From Malacoraja senta (taxonomy: Eukaryota): a stretch of DNA of 64,000 nt. The DNA is taken from assembly GCA_038087875.1 (NCBI GenBank), contig CM075988.1, forward strand, positions 17,362,001 through 17,426,000, written 5' to 3'. The notes beneath the pieces are model-generated. The model had not been told where the DNA came from. It worked only from the letters and a program-made list of their open reading frames with translations, and did not search any database. The stretch's first letter is position 1; the number at the start of each line of letters is the position of its first letter. A program made the position numbers and the translations under genes. This document shows, one piece after another, positions 12,976 through 25,209 of this stretch.

Positions 12976-15900
12976 CTGAAATGGAAAAGACTTGGCTTAG
13001 GTTCCAGTTCCAAGCAGATTCAAGAAAATATACAAAAAAAGTTTGATACTATTATATAATTAACATCACAAACCATGTGCTTGGGGAATCAAGAATGTAC
13101 AGAATGTACTTTCTGGAGCATGAGCACTGATAATTATTTTTACATTCAAACAACTGCATTCTCCAACATAAGCAAGCCAAGTAATTGAAGATCCAATGGA
13201 AAGGACTCAATATATAATATATAAATAAAACCATTAAGATATGTGCTACACTGCAGGAATCACAGCCAAAAGCTTACACACAGGGAAGACCATGAACAAA
13301 TATTGGGTAGACAAAAATGCTGGAGGAACTCAGCGGGTGAGCAGCATCTATGGAGACGCTGCCTCACCCGCTGAGTTCCTCCAGCATTTTTGTCTACCTT
13401 TGATTTTTCCAGCATCTGCAGTTCTTTCTTAAACATGAACTAATATTAGATAGCCCACATAATCTGTCCAGTTATGGTTGGAAAGAAAAGTTAAAAAGGG
13501 CAGGTCATGGAGTCATGCAGCACGGAAACAGGCCCTTCGGCCCATCTCCTCCACGTTGACCAAGCGTTAGAGAACTGATTTACATTTCCAAAAGGGTTAA
13601 AACAATGGAACACCGACAAGGAGATGAATTTTTGCTTTTCAAAGAAGAAATTGATAAATATTTGAAGGCTTCTTTTGGTTAAAACATAAAACTATGAATG
13701 GACGATAATTGGACATGTTAAAACCACAGAAGCAAGCAAATCAAAAACAATTATGATTGTGAAACCATTTGGTTCATTGCTTCTGCCTCTACCATTTTTT
13801 TTTCAGGCTGTGAATTCCAGATCCCTTTTACCATCTACCTACACATGACACAGCCTGTTGGTCTCTCAGCACTATTTTAGGCAAGCCATGGACACTCAGC
13901 ATAGCTGTGCATTCCAGGTCCCAATTACCATCCACTGGGCATAATACAAAATATTTCTTCATGCCTCCTCTCATCCTTCCATTAATTATTTTCAATTCAT
14001 TTCCAGGTTTTTTTACTCCTCTGCTCAGGCAGATGAGTCCTTCCTATTTTCTCTATCCAGGTCCCTCTGCCCCCTCAAACCTCTGTTTGATGAAGCTACC
14101 TTAACTTATCCAACTATACTCCAAAGAAACATAAAAACATAGAAAATAGGTGCAGGAGGGAGGAGGCCATTTGGCCCTTCGAGCCAGCACCGCCATTCAT
14201 TGTGATCATGGCTGATCGTCCCCTATCAATAACCCGTGCCTGCCTTCTCCCCATATCCCTTGACTCCACTAGCCCCTGGAGCTCTATCTAACTCTCTCTT
14301 AAATCCATCCAGTGATTTGGCCTCCACTGCACTCTGTGGCAGGGAATTCCATAAATTCACAACTCTCCGGGTGAAAACGTTTTTTCTCACCTCAGTCTTA
14401 AATGACCTCCCCTTTATTCTAAGACTGTGGCCCCTGGTTCTGATAGAAACATAGAAAATAGGTGCAGGAGGAGGCCATAATAGGTGCAGGAGCAGGCCAT
14501 AATAGGTGCAGGAGGAGGCCATGCAATCCATGGCTGCAACATTCAAGTCCTAGCAGCATCCTAGTTCTCTCAGAACCCTACCCAGGTCATCTCAAGCCTC
14601 CTGTAATGAACTCACCAGAATTGCCGTCAATACTTAAGCTGTGGCCAAACTAATACTCCACATAACCAACAGCTCTGGCGTAAACCTCATTTCTCATATA
14701 CACTCTTCTTCAGCTAATGAAGAAAGACTTCATGTGTTTTTAACCACCGTACTAACCAGTCTTGCCACTCTAATAATCTATGGACATACTCTCTCAGATC
14801 CCTCTGTTCCATCGCATCACATTGTGTCCTGTCAGTTACTGTCTGTTTGCGTACCATTCGCACCGTGCCAAATACAGCACCTCACCTTGTCCTGGATTAA
14901 ATTCCATTTGCCATCCTTCCACCCGGCGACCCAGACCATCGAGATCCTCCTGCAGTCTGATGACTTACCACACTCTCATGGCCAATTTTTATACCGTCTG
15001 CAAACTTATCGAGCTCTTTTTATGTGTGTTTTAAGACTAATACGGGTCAAGGAAAGCGAGGAAATGAATACAGTATAAACCTATGAAACCCCACTTCCTT
15101 AACATGGCTTCTGTCATAATTCCTATCGATCATTGCCCTTGGTTTCATGCCACGGACTCATTTCTGGCTCTGCTTTGGATCCCAGAGGCTTTAACTATTT
15201 TTTTGACCAATTTGCCTTGTCAAATCCTTGCCGAGATTTACAAAGATTATGACAAATGTACTGCACTCATTGATTTTTTCTTTTAAAGGAAGGCTAAGCA
15301 GATTAGTCAGACAAGATCTCCCCTCCACAATGCTGACTATCCCAATTAAACTGGTGCTATTCTAAATTAAGGTACATTTTTTTACTTGGAACAATCATTT
15401 GTCCACCATCACATTTAACTAAATACCCATACTTGGTTTATGCCTTTTTCACAGTCACTTTGAGATCTTATTCGTACCTGGGCTAATTCAAGTAACTAAA
15501 CCAAACCAGCACTGACCAAAGAATGAGTGTAATGGTCTCAGTCTTGGTTTATGGGCCCGAAAGCAACATCTGAAAGATGTTGCCTCCAGCAGTGTAGCAC
15601 TCCTTCAGTATCACACCAAGAATTTTGGTCTTGGCTTCAAGCTGATGACCTATAGACTGGACATCTTTCCACTGAACTATCCCCAGACGTTTCAGGTCTG
15701 ACGCTCTAGGTGATGCAAGCAACACCAACAAAGCCATGATACCACAGCCAATTCCATCCATAATGATGTCCAGACCGAACAATGAACCTCTACTCCACCT
15801 ATCATTATATCACGTAAGCATGACTCCACTAGGGCTTGTGCAAAAGATCTACCCGTTTGGAATAACCATGCTTTGTAACAAAGCCTCTGGAGACCTGGTA

Positions 15901-16003
15901 ACTTCCTGGTGTTTCTGGAGATACTGGGTCAATTCTGAGAGCTTTCAAACATAGACGCAACCCAGAACCCTCCACGCCTGTTTATATTCTTGCAGGGCCC
16001 TAC

Positions 16004-16745
16004 CTGCACTGCAGAATCTTCTAATGACTTCAAGGGTGGCAACTCTTTTGAGAGACTGCATATTGTGTCAGGACCTCCACCTGGTTTCTCTTCGCGTTGT
16101 GCTTTTGCCATTCCTTCTTCATCAGCTGGCACCGTGCCAGTGCTCCGCCCATCTGCATATTGCACGTAGCCACCAGAATGCCCACACGATTCATCAGCAA
16201 ACGGTTTAGGGATCTGGCCCTCCAATGCATCGAGCAGCCAGCCCTGCTCTGGATAGTTTGACATGTCCGGAGGCACGTTTTCGCCACCATCAATGTAATA
16301 TGGCACAGACGGTTGGTCTCCAAGCTCTGATTCGGGGAAACCATAAACAGCCAGAATTTCTGGGGTACAACAGGCCAGTGCGTCCTCTGCTTCATTGTCT
16401 GAGTTAGACATATAGATGTCATCATCCTGTGCAGGTGAACCTGGAGTAGTGAACACTGCAACGTCCAAGTCTGCACTGGGTGGCTGCTGATCAACGTCCA
16501 AGTCTGCACTGGGTGGTTGCTGATCAATGTCCAAGTCTGCACTGGGTGGTTGCTGATCAATGTCCAAGTCTGCACTGGGTGGTTGCTGATCAATGTCCAA
16601 GTCTGCACTGGGTGGTTGCTGATCAATGTCCAAGTCTGCACTGGGTGGTTGCTGATCAATGTCCAAATCTGCACTGGGTGGTTGCTGATCAATGTCCAAG
16701 TCTGCACTGGGTGGCTGCTGATCAGATGGAGAGGAGTTGGAGTCA
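16004..16745 (-). CDS. RNF214: RNF214 coding exon 2 (742 nt, acidic/disordered, contains 8x DQQPPSADLD[I/V])
   Basis: tttttctccag acceptor, CAG|gtagg donor; open frame ending DSAVQ, which joins TDCF.. in phase 0; phase-2 start matches exon 1. Confidence 0.82.
16460..16723 (-). repeat. 33-bp coding minisatellite, 8 near-perfect copies
   Basis: unit gatcagcaaccacccagtgcagacttggacatt (minus strand) repeated 8 times with few substitutions. Confidence 0.97.
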
Positions 16746-18760
16746 CTGGAGAAAAATAAATAATGCAAAGGTTACATGGATACATTTGATATCATTGTAA
16801 TGTCAGATTAATTGGATGATGCATCAAAATTGAATTTCTAATTCATTCACAACCGAAACGAAGTCAAGCACTGAAATCAAATGCCATTATTGAAATAATT
16901 TAAGGAAGATTGAAGTTGCCCTTTTCATCATCTGAGTAACTGCCTGACTCTCAGTCAGGTTATTAAACTAAATTCTAAAACAAAATGCTTAGTTAAGTTA
17001 TGCGCACTTACCTTTGAAGGCATCATAAGCAGAATAGCTGAATGAAACATGTTCATCAGCCCCCTCATTTGTTTCAGAAGGCGCAAAGGTGAAGCCTCAT
17101 TCCACACAGACTTGCCCAACACTCAAGCAGTGCCCTAGTGCGTTACGTTGCCAGAGGTGCTGTCTCTCAGGTAAGATGGTAAATTGAGCCTTCTCGTGCT
17201 GCTGGACCCAGAGGAATTTGTGGTCATTTGAAAAGGTGGTTCACTCACCTTTTGTGTAGGAAAGAACTGCAGATGCTGGGTAAGATGAAGACAGACAAAA
17301 AATGCTGGAGTAACTCAGTGGGACAGGCAGCATCTCTCTCTCGAGAAGGATTGGGTGACGCTTCGGGTCTGCAGAAGGGTCTCGACCCAAAACGTCACCC
17401 ATTCCTTCTCTCCAGAGATGCTGCCTGTCCCGCTGAGTTACTCCAGCATTTGGTGTCCATCTCCCTCCTTTTCTCCTAGCTGACATTTAACCCCTAGGCA
17501 CACAAAGTGCTGCAGTCACTCAGCGGGTTAGGCAGCATCTCTATTGAGATTATTCCTGACCCGCTGAGTTACGCCAGTGCTTTGTGTCCTTGTGTAAACC
17601 AGCATCTGTAGTTCCTTGTTTCTATATTTAACCCCCCAATTGATACACCCAAAACCAAGTCTCCAATCATTTTCACATTGCTATTTATGAGAGCCAGCAG
17701 TGCAAAAACAGGGACCACATTTGCTTCCCTATTAATGCATCTCTGCGGTGTGAAGGATAGTATGGGTAGTTCTCCTATAAAATGTAATTCCTCAACATGA
17801 ATTGGATTTAACATGCGTGATGAATAGGGGAACACTATTTGCATAATGCAGGTCGAATTCGTGATTTCGATCGGAACTTAAAAGTTACTTTGGAAGTTGG
17901 CAAGCAGAATAAAAGCTGTCCTGGATTTAACCAGTGCAAGGGACAGAAACCTGCTTCCATGTAACCCCCGTGCAGTAATCAGACACCATTGACTGTTAAG
18001 AACACAAGTTGCTATTTCAATTGCGGGTGACTATTGATAATGACAAGCAATCGCTTGTGCAAAGATACACAATAGAACAATGTATCACACACTCTTTGGT
18101 ATTTTTAGCTTGCAGAAACAAAATAAACTTACAGTCTACTCTCATTACAGACCTCTTTCTTATGATTTTGGTTATTGTGGATAGAGTGGCCGCTAGGTGG
18201 CAGCAATAGGCAAGCACTATATAACACCATCAATTTAGAAAGAATTCTATGTACCACTTTCATTGTTTATATGAACCTCTTTCCAAATACATTACAATCC
18301 ACGATGGAGTATGTGAAACACGGCAGAGCTTGGCTTAATTATCATGTTTTCAGTATCTATTCTATTTTTTATAAACTACTTTAGATGTAACACTAAAAAT
18401 ATATGCACTAACATCCCCTTACTCAGTTATAATGGGCAATCTGCAAGAACGGGCACCATCCCCCCCTCCCGGTCGATTATAACGGAGGTTTTCTGATTTA
18501 CTATCGAAAAGACTTATTTTGAAAATTCTGTGGGAAAATTAATTTTGTTATTGCAAGTGTGAAATTCTCTAACCCACTTTCCCCCAATTGTCATATAACA
18601 TGATTTTTCCACAACATGAGGTCTCTAAGGAATACAACTATCGCCTTGCATCAGAACTACCTGTATATAAATGCTTTTTTTTTTTTAATTAGAAAATGGA
18701 ATGCATACGTTGGAAACCATTTACCGTGGCAGAAAAAGGTGCAAGATTATTTGCGAGTAC

Positions 18761-18933
18761 CTTAGTGTAGGGGTTTCAAGTGCTGCATCACAGCCCATAG
18801 TTGCAACGCTCCTGGTCTCTGCAGGTACATCAGTGCATGAGGTATCATCAATCTGTCCTCCATTTTCTAAGCTCGGGGCAGCAGATGTCACCTCAGGTCT
18901 TTCTTCAGAATCCAAGACTTCTACAGGCTCCAT
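18761..18933 (-). CDS. RNF214: RNF214 probable first coding exon (MEPVEVLDSEERPEVTSAAPSLENGG...ETPTL)
   Basis: ATG with in-frame TAA two codons upstream; AAG|gtact donor in phase 2, matching the 16745 acceptor. Confidence 0.7.
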
Positions 18934-21900
18934 GTATTAGAAACAGGGTACTGCAGGCTAGACAAGTTCCACAAATTTGATTACACTCATTTTTCTCAAA
19001 GAAAAACTGTTTTTGTTAAGTTCTTTCTCACTTTGATAAAGTGCATACATATCAGCTATAGACTCATTGACAAGCTCCTGGACACGAGGATATCTCTGCC
19101 CATCAGTACAGCCACAAATTAATTTAGTTTAATTTAGAGATACAGCATGGAAACAGGCCCTTCGGCCCACTGAGTCCATGCAGACCAGCCACTATTCTAT
19201 ACACACTAGGGACAATTTACAATTATACCAAGGCAATTAACCTACAAAGCTGCACGTCTTTGGAGTGTAGGAGGAAACCGGAGATCCCAGAGAAATCCCA
19301 TGCAAGTCATGGGGAGGACATACAAACTCTGTACAGACAGCACCTGTAGCCAGCATCGAACCCGGGTCTCTGGCGCTGCGCCATCTTGCCGTAATTTGTT
19401 TTTTTTCCTTTACATTGTATTTCCTTGTGACATAGATGCCCATTCGGTCCATCAAATTTCAGAGCAATCCCATTAACACCACTCATCTATTCCTCTACAA
19501 CCTGTCCCCTCCCACATGCCCAACAATGCCTGACATCAGGGCAATTTTTCACGACCAACCACCTGCCAACCAGCACATCTTTGGGATACAGCGTGGAAAC
19601 AGGCCCCTGGGCCCAACTAGCCCACACTGACTATAACATGCCCTAACTACACTAGGCCCAACTGCCTGCATTTGACTCATATCCCCCTAAACATATCCTA
19701 TCTGTGTACCTGTCTAAATGTTTCTTAAACATTGTGATACTACCTGCCTTAACTACCTTCTCCATCAGCTCGTTCTATTACCCATCAGCCTTTGTGTAAA
19801 AAAGTTGCCCCACAGGTTCCTATTAAATCTTTCCACCCTCATCTTAAACCTGCATCCTCTGGTTCTCGATTCCCTTACTCTGGGTAAAAGACTGCGGATT
19901 TATCCTATCTATCCTTCTCATGAACATACACCTCTATAAGATTAACCCTCATCCTCCTGCACTCCAAGGAATAGAATCCTTGCCTGCTCAACCTCTCCTG
20001 TACCTCAGGCCCTCGAGCCCTGACAACATCCTCGCAAATCATTTCCGCACCCTTTCCAGCTTAACATCATCTCTGGGATGTGGGAGGAAACCGGAAAAAC
20101 CCAGGGAGAATGTGCAAACATCAAACCGGGGACACTGGAGTTAAGGCAATTGCACCAGGGTGCCACCAAAGTACAAAGATTAAAATTACATCTGGGTCAA
20201 TCTATAGATTGCTGATGGAAGATCTGGAACTGAGACAGGAAAGTCTCAACGCTGACTCTAGAATCGCAAATAACCTTCTAGAATTCAGCGCAACACTCCT
20301 GGGCTATCTCTATGAAAGAGCTGTCCAGTTTGCTCCTTTGTTCTCCTCCAAGCCGAGAGGTTCCTTTTTACAAAGATACTTATTCAAATTACTTCTGAAA
20401 GTTATTACATCTCTTCCAGGAAGCCTGACATGGATCAAAACTCACTGCTTAAAAAAGAAGTTTCATATTACCTTTAATTTTTGTGTTGTCCTTTTTTCTT
20501 TCAATTATGAAGAGTGACTGTAAAGGAGCGGGGAATGCCAAGGAAGACCTGATAAAGATATACAAGATTACAAGGGGCAGAGATAAGAAGAGCATTGAGA
20601 AACTTTAGACATGTTTAAAACCAAAGGACGCAGATTTAAGGTGATGGGGAGGAAGTTAAGAGGGGAGTGTAGAAAATTTCCCCCCACCCCGAGAGAATGG
20701 TTGCAATCTGAACACACATCCTGCGGAGGGGGTGGAGGCAGACACTATCACTGTGGTTTCATTGTAACTACAAGGCTATGGACCTGCTGCTGGTAAAAGG
20801 AATTAATTTAGAGTGGGCACCTGATGGTCGGTGTGCTCTGAAAGGTCTGGTTCAGTGTTTAATGATTATATTACTCCAACGTGACCTTGAAGCTGTGTTT
20901 CAGATTTAATTCTGTACCTTTTCATACCTCTAGTTTCCCTCTCCCCTGGCTCTCGGAAGAAGGGTCTTGACCTGAAACATCACCTATTCCTTTTCTCCAG
21001 AGATGCTGCCTGACCCGCTAAGTTACTCCAGCAATAACCAAAAATCTGTAGCCTCCTTTTGCTCTGGTATTTTATTTAATTTACATGTTTAATCAATAAT
21101 GTTTTATTGTTAATGTTTAATGTTTTACGTGTCATTTCTAACTGTCACTGTATGTCATGTTGTCACTTGCAGGCAGAGCACCAAGGCAAATGCCTTGTAT
21201 GTGAATACTTGGCCAATAAACTTATTCATTATTATTCATTATTCATTTTGTGTCTATCTTCGGTGTAAACCAGCATCTGCAGTTCCTTCCCTGACAGAGG
21301 AAAGAGTTTCTTTTCAATTACTCGCTCAAATCCTTGTCTGATTACACCACTGTCCAGCCATTCCATCAAAATTCCACTAACTCACTAACCAGTGCCAGGG
21401 TGCAACAAGTTGTGCTGCTGTCCTCATCAATCCTCTTGGTCATCTCGTCAAAATCGCAATTAAATTTGTGAGATGCAAATCCCCATCTACAAGGCCACGC
21501 TACCTAATCAGTCCTTGCCTTTCAAATGGAGGTTCATCCTGTTTCTCAGAATCCCTTCCATTAACATCTCAACCAGACGTTAGGCTCACCGGCCTGTGGT
21601 TCCCTGGCTTATTTTTGCAGCCCTTCTTAAATAAACACACCCTCCAGTCTTACTGCACCTCACCTGTGGCTAAGGAAGATATTAAAATTAAAAGCCTGAA
21701 GAAGGGTCTCGACCCAAAATGTCACCCATTCCTTCTATCCAGAGATACTGCCTGTCCCGCTGAGTTACTCCAGCATTTTGTGTCTCGTCAGTGTAAACCA
21801 GCATCTGCATTTCCTTCCTACATATTAAAATCTCTGCCTGGGCCCCAGCATTTTCTTACCTCACTACCCACCTGATCAGAATAAACCATGTGTCATCCAT

Positions 21901-22082
21901 CTTTACGCACCTCAAGACCACCAAGACCTTCTCTCTCATAACAGTAATATGTTTCAGGACTGCCTTAACCATGGTCTCAGAAATAGCCATGTGCTAGCAA
22001 AAAAAGGTTGAGAACAGGCATGACACAAAGTGCTGGAGAAACTCAGCGGGTCAGGCAGCATCCGTGGAGGGAAGAGACAGAC

Positions 22083-22110
22083 GACGTTTCGGGTAGGGAC
22101 CCTTCTTCAG
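22083..22110 (-). ncRNA. Minimal hammerhead ribozyme motif
   Basis: minus strand CTGAAGA-A-GGGT-CCCT-ACCC-GAAA-C-GTC. Confidence 0.55.
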
Positions 22111-22464
22111 ATGATGTTGAGAATGGACCTGGTGAGAAGGGTCCCCAGACAACAAACACCCACTCCAGGAAGTAGCGGGCCCCCAAAACACAGCATCTGA
22201 CTGCTTGAAACTTGAGATAAAAGTTAATCCTTGAATGTTTAGTACTCAAGTGTCACCTTATTCGTACAGATGGTCAGAGAGAGTGAGAGTGAAAAAAAGA
22301 AAAGTCAGAAAAGATAGAGAGAAAGATAGACAAAGACTGAAAGAGCGAGGGACAGAAAGAGGGGGGCAAAAAGACAGTCAAACAGAGTGATAAACACACA
22401 CAACGGAAGAAAGACACACTTATACAAAGGCAGGTTTCAAAATATATCTCAAAGCCCCACCGTT

Positions 22465-22830
22465 ACTCACTGTGATATTTAAGAAACAAACTTCTCAGTG
22501 ATGTAACTTTGCTTGAGCCTGCACTAATGCACCTCGTTTACCTTATAGGAGTAGTTCATTTATCGCCCTCACACCCCCAGATTACATAACCATCGGGAAA
22601 GGAAAGCTCTTCCAAAAAACACAAACATTTGCAATAAGCGGGCGCAGCCATTATTACCCTTTAAACCTACCGCTGGCACTGCTCTGCAGACTGACACTGC
22701 ATACACTGCTCACTAGCCCGCAACGATGCCGCTCATTGGGACGATGTCGGCATCAGCCAGGCTTTATTCTTCGCTCTAGACCAATAATGCAGCCTCCACA
22801 GTTCAATGGGCTGGTCTCAGCGAAGCAGCT
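22465..22830 (-). promoter_or_regulatory. Candidate RNF214 promoter / non-coding first exon
   Basis: repeat-free, locally CpG-richer; CCAAT boxes (~22735, ~22781); candidate minus-strand donors gtaggt (~22670) and gtgagt (~22470); inference only. Confidence 0.35.
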
Positions 22831-22878
22831 TATGTCATTTCCTCCCTGCATGTGAATTTCAAGTGGCATTTCATGTTG

Positions 22879-23093
22879 GATTGCAGGGGGTGCAATCGAG
22901 GGACAGAGGACAGGGGACAGGGGACAGGGGACAGGGGACAGGGGACAGGGGACAGGGGACAGAGACAGAGACAGGGACAGGGACAGGAACAGGAACAGAG
23001 ACAGAGACAGGGACAGGGACAGAGACAGAGACAGGGACAGGGACAGGAACGAGACAGGGACAGGGACAGGAACAGGGACAGAACAGAGACAGA

Positions 23094-23129
<36 letters not shown>

Positions 23130-23175
23130 AACGAGACAGGGACAGGGACAGGAACAGGGACAGAACAGAGACAGA

Positions 23176-23216
<41 letters not shown>

Positions 23217-23341
23217 AGACAGAGACAGAGACAGAGACAGAGACAGAGACAGAGACAGGGACAGGAACGAGACAGGGACAGGGACAGGAACAGGGACAGA
23301 ACAGAGACAGGGACAGGGACAGAGACAGAGACAGAGACAGA

Positions 23342-23388
<47 letters not shown>

Positions 23389-23553
23389 AGACAGAGACAG
23401 AGACAGAGACAGAGACAGGGACAGGAACGAGACAGGGACAGGGACAGGAACAGGGACAGAACAGAGACAGAGACAGGGACAGGGACAGGGACAGGGACAG
23501 GAACGAGACAGGGACAGGGACAGGGACAGGAACAGGGACAGAACAGAGACAGA

Positions 23554-23607
<54 letters not shown>

Positions 23608-23653
23608 AACGAGACAGGGACAGGGACAGGAACAGGGACAGAACAGAGACAGA

Positions 23654-23689
<36 letters not shown>

Positions 23690-23735
23690 AACGAGACAGG
23701 GACAGGGACAGGAACAGGGACAGAACAGAGACAGA

Positions 23736-23771
<36 letters not shown>

Positions 23772-23823
23772 AACGAGACAGGGACAGGGACAGGGACAGG
23801 AACAGGGACAGAACAGAGACAGA

Positions 23824-23871
<48 letters not shown>

Positions 23872-23917
23872 AACGAGACAGGGACAGGGACAGGAACAGG
23901 GACAGAACAGAGACAGA

Positions 23918-23953
<36 letters not shown>

Positions 23954-24152
23954 AACGAGACAGGACAGGGACAGGGACAGGAACAGGGACAGAACAGAGA
24001 CAGAGACAGGGACAGGGACAGGGACAGAGACAGAGACAGAGACAGACACAGACACAGACACAGGGACAGAACAGAGACAGAGACAGAGACAGGGACAGAC
24101 ACAGGGACAGACATAGGGACAGACACAGGGACAGACACAGGGACAGGGACAG
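22879..24152. repeat. GGGACA/GAGACA hexamer satellite with higher-order structure
   Basis: ~1.27 kb of GGGACA, GAGACA, GGAACA units with recurring 5-mer variants GGAAC and GAACA; starts with 7-mer GGGGACA repeats. Confidence 0.97.
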
Positions 24153-24345
24153 ATCAGTTGTTGTGGCTGAAGTCCCCTCTCTGCTGTGTTTCTCTGGTTC
24201 ATGAGAACACTGTCTGTAAACAGAATGTTTCCATTGGGAGTCTCCCCTCTGCAGGCCGGTGACGCTCTGCAAGGACCAACACGGAGAAACATGTCTGAAG
24301 ACAGGTCTCGACCCGAAACGTCGCCTATAGGGGGGGGTTGCACGT

Positions 24346-25209
24346 AAGGTCACCGGGTCATAGGGCTTGACGCACGGAGCCGCTCAATCCATCTGGAGGA
24401 CATCCGTCACTTCCGGTATATGTTATTAATGCTAGAAACGCTACTTTCCTGTTAAAAACCGCCAAAATGTTGATTTGTTTTCCGCTGTAAAAAAGTGTGT
24501 AAGTCGGGGTAAGTGTGAGAGACATGGACCCAACTTCAGAATTCCAAAAGTGAAGTGAAATGAAGGTAAATAGAAGCGAGAGCTGAAGGGACAACAACAG
24601 CTAAAGTGCTTGGCGAACATTGGCCGTGCAGATATCGGAATTGGAAATATTGGGATGTATCGCGTTTGTTCGCTGCATTTCATCAACAGTAAGGCATTAT
24701 TTGTTTTTTTTCTTGATTTCTTTGGTATCTAAAAAGTCTCAGAAGTGGTAAATCTGGTTGTAAATTTTTGCTTCAGAGGCGTTTTATTTTTGTATGTAAA
24801 AACCCACGCCCCCCAAACCCCCATTAAAATTTACAACCAGATTTACCACTTCTGAGACTTTTTAGATACCAAAGGAATCAAGAAAAAAACACAAATAATG
24901 CCTTACGTTGATGAAATGCAGTGAAACGGCCAATGTTCGCCAAGCACTCTGGCTGTTGTTGTTCCCTTCAGCTCTCGCTTCTATTTACCGTCATTTCTCC
25001 TTCACTTTTGGAATTCTGAAGTTGGGTCCATGTCTCTCACACTTACCCCGACTTACACACTTTTTTACAGCGGAAAAACAATCAACATTTTGGCGGTTTT
25101 TAACGGGCCCGCTACGCTGGAAACAATGGTAAGTACTTACCTGCAGTTCATCGCGTGTAATCCACTGGGCGTAGCATAGCAACAGTACGGGTCATGGGTC
25201 GTGACCTAT
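24346..25209. mobile_element. Foldback / long-TIR non-autonomous DNA element
   Basis: arms 24451-24768 and 24826-25104 are inverted copies around a ~57-bp spacer; outer GGTCAC..GTGACC motifs; mirror-image ORFs 24441-24686(-) and 24908-25132(+). Confidence 0.75.

Noticed and set aside
16024..16800. Alternative-frame ORFs over the 33-bp repeat; superficial CRISPR-like periodicity
   Set aside because: No unique spacers, eukaryotic context; only one frame fits the RNF214 splice phases
17012..17037. Possible 26-nt micro-exon (ttcattcag ... AAG|gtaagt) between RNF214 coding exons 1 and 2
   Set aside because: It would shift the frame and is not needed because the flanking exons already join in phase; cannot be supported without RNA data
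18425..18666. Possible Tc1/mariner (pogo-like) MITE remnants ending ..ctacctgTA
   Set aside because: Could not identify a matching pair of TIRs by eye
22753..24353. Five overlapping 430-510 aa ORFs (RD/GQ/TG/SL/VP/CP dipeptide runs)
   Set aside because: They follow trivially from a T-free hexamer satellite that cannot contain stop codons; no splice or homology support
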